Source: Lama glama
Lineage: Eukaryota
Assembly (NCBI GenBank): GCA_028534125.1
Contig: CM052817.1
Location: 29,700,001 to 29,764,000 of the forward strand
DNA: 64,000 nt
Reading direction: 5' to 3'
The notes under the pieces: generated by a model
Databases searched by the model: none
What the model saw: the letters and a program-made list of their open reading frames with translations, nothing else
What the model was told of the DNA's origin: nothing
Shown: positions 62,581 through 64,000 of the stretch, in pieces
Numbering within the stretch: position 1 is the stretch's first letter
Layout of the letters: each line of letters begins with the position of its first letter
Made by a program: the position numbers and the translations under genes

Positions 62581-63689
62581 TTTCCTTATTTAGTGGAATA
62601 TGAATTAGTATACCCTGACTTAGGAATCGTTGTTATGACTATCTATGCATGGCTCATAATACGTACTCGGGAAATTGTAGCTCTTGCTATTGCTAATGAT
62701 ATAAATGTGACGCTAATGAGAGGAAAACTTACCAGAATGGGGTTGTGAACATTTAATCAGAAAGAGAAAGTACAAAACCAAAATTCTCTTTCACAGTCCT
62801 TTACCCTGGATTCTATTGCAAATTAAGGATGGAAAATAAGTTATCTGCTTTTAAATATTATCTACGTAGTTATATTTTACATTCATATACTGCTTTTTCA
62901 AAATTCCTTTATCTTTTCCCTGCATCCAGGGTTAGTGAGATCTCTGAACTTTATTTAGATTAAGTAAAAATGAATAGAATGGCCAAGGGATTGTTTAGAT
63001 ATTGACATATTATTAACCACTTCAGAGCTCAATTTGGCCTTGCTCCCAGGAATCCTGCCACCTGCAACAGCAGAGACAGCCAGATACTACAGAATGACAG
63101 CTATCACCTAGCAACTGATTAAAACCATAGTGTGCTAAGGACTGAACTAAAGCTATCTAACCAAGATTAAGAGGGAAAAGAGCCTTGAGTGTTATTTTTC
63201 TTTTAATTCTGTCTAAGATACAGAGTATCTTACTAAAACAGAGCAATCTCTAGACTTTAGGTCCAGCACTGGGCAAAACAAATCAGAAAAATTAATTAAT
63301 AAAAACAAAGATAGTATAGACTCCTAATTCCATTCAGTAAGAACTCTCTACATGTGGATTTTCCTTTAAAAAATAGTATTTAATCACTTATTTATTTCGT
63401 TGCCTTTTTATTTACATACATATTTGAATAAACTCCACTTTGAATACATGCTTTTTTAAAAACTATGCAAGACATGTATGTTGCAAAGCCAGTTTTTTTG
63501 TATGACATTTCTTGTGTCCTACCTCTCATTTGGTTGGCATCACCTATGACCATATTTGATCAGTGGCTGATCATTTTTTTTTTTTTTTGCAGAATTCAGT
63601 ATACCTGGTATTACAAGTGTCTAGCCTCAGGATAAAGCTGTCTCTCTTTTATCATAAGTATGCATGCCTAACTGTTGACAGCCCACTGA

Positions 63690-64000
63690 TGCATAGTGAT
63701 CATGCCCCCATAGGCCATGCTTAACCAATGTGGTGGTGAGGACAGGGGCCAAAGAGTAAATGTTCCCCCAAGTCAATTCATTGTTGAGCAATCTTGAAAG
63801 TCATTCTTGCGGCTCCTCCATAGGCCCAGGGAGGAACTGAGCACCAGATGCCCTCACTTGTGGCCTCAGTAATGCACCTGTGCAATGGCTTTCCCTCATC
63901 CAGTTGCTTTTGCAAAGGCAGGTTTGAAGTAGTACAGACAATTCAAGCTGACACTGCTGGCCCTGGAAGTAGTCCCGGAAATAGATCCTAGGAATAGGAC
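63690..64000 (+). mobile_element. Probable old ERVL LTR (LTR16/LTR33-like)
   Basis: Abrupt GC rise; AACCAATG...TAAATGTTCCCC...CAATCTTGAAAGTCATTCTTGCGGCTCCTCCA...AATGCACC resembles recalled LTR33/16 motifs. Confidence 0.35.

Noticed and set aside
62383..62748. 121 aa hydrophobic ORF resembling a membrane protein
   Set aside because: Built on T-rich and (CT)n low-complexity sequence; no recognisable family, promoter or splice context
1..64000. A novel multi-gene or prokaryote-type system (operon, defence island, CRISPR)
   Set aside because: The sequence is repeat-rich mammalian non-coding DNA with no real long ORFs, arrays or CpG-island promoter

Overview
AT-rich, CpG-poor mammalian genomic DNA, intergenic or deep intronic. 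It is almost certainly from a camelid (alpaca, llama or camel): it carries two tRNA-derived camelid-type (vic-1-like) SINEs with perfect target-site duplications (TSDs) and several artiodactyl-type young L1 3' ends. No protein-coding gene, RNA gene, CpG island or CRISPR array can be supported. The supplied ORFs are chance ORFs, N-gap artefacts or decayed L1/ERVL coding remnants. A large part of the window is transposon relics: L1 of several ages, L2, MIR, MaLR/ERVL/ERV1-type LTRs and hAT-type DNA elements. Notable ones are a two-LTR MaLR provirus (57.6-59.7 kb), a 1.3 kb ERVL pol fossil (16.0-17.35 kb) and a three-level nested insertion (51.3-52.4 kb). There are two assembly gaps of exactly 500 N. 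Repeat-free islands hold a few exon-shaped segments that might belong to an unannotated spliced transcript, but this is unproven. I found no convincing novel biological system. Family names come from my recollection of consensus sequences, not from a database search, and boundaries of old repeats are approximate.
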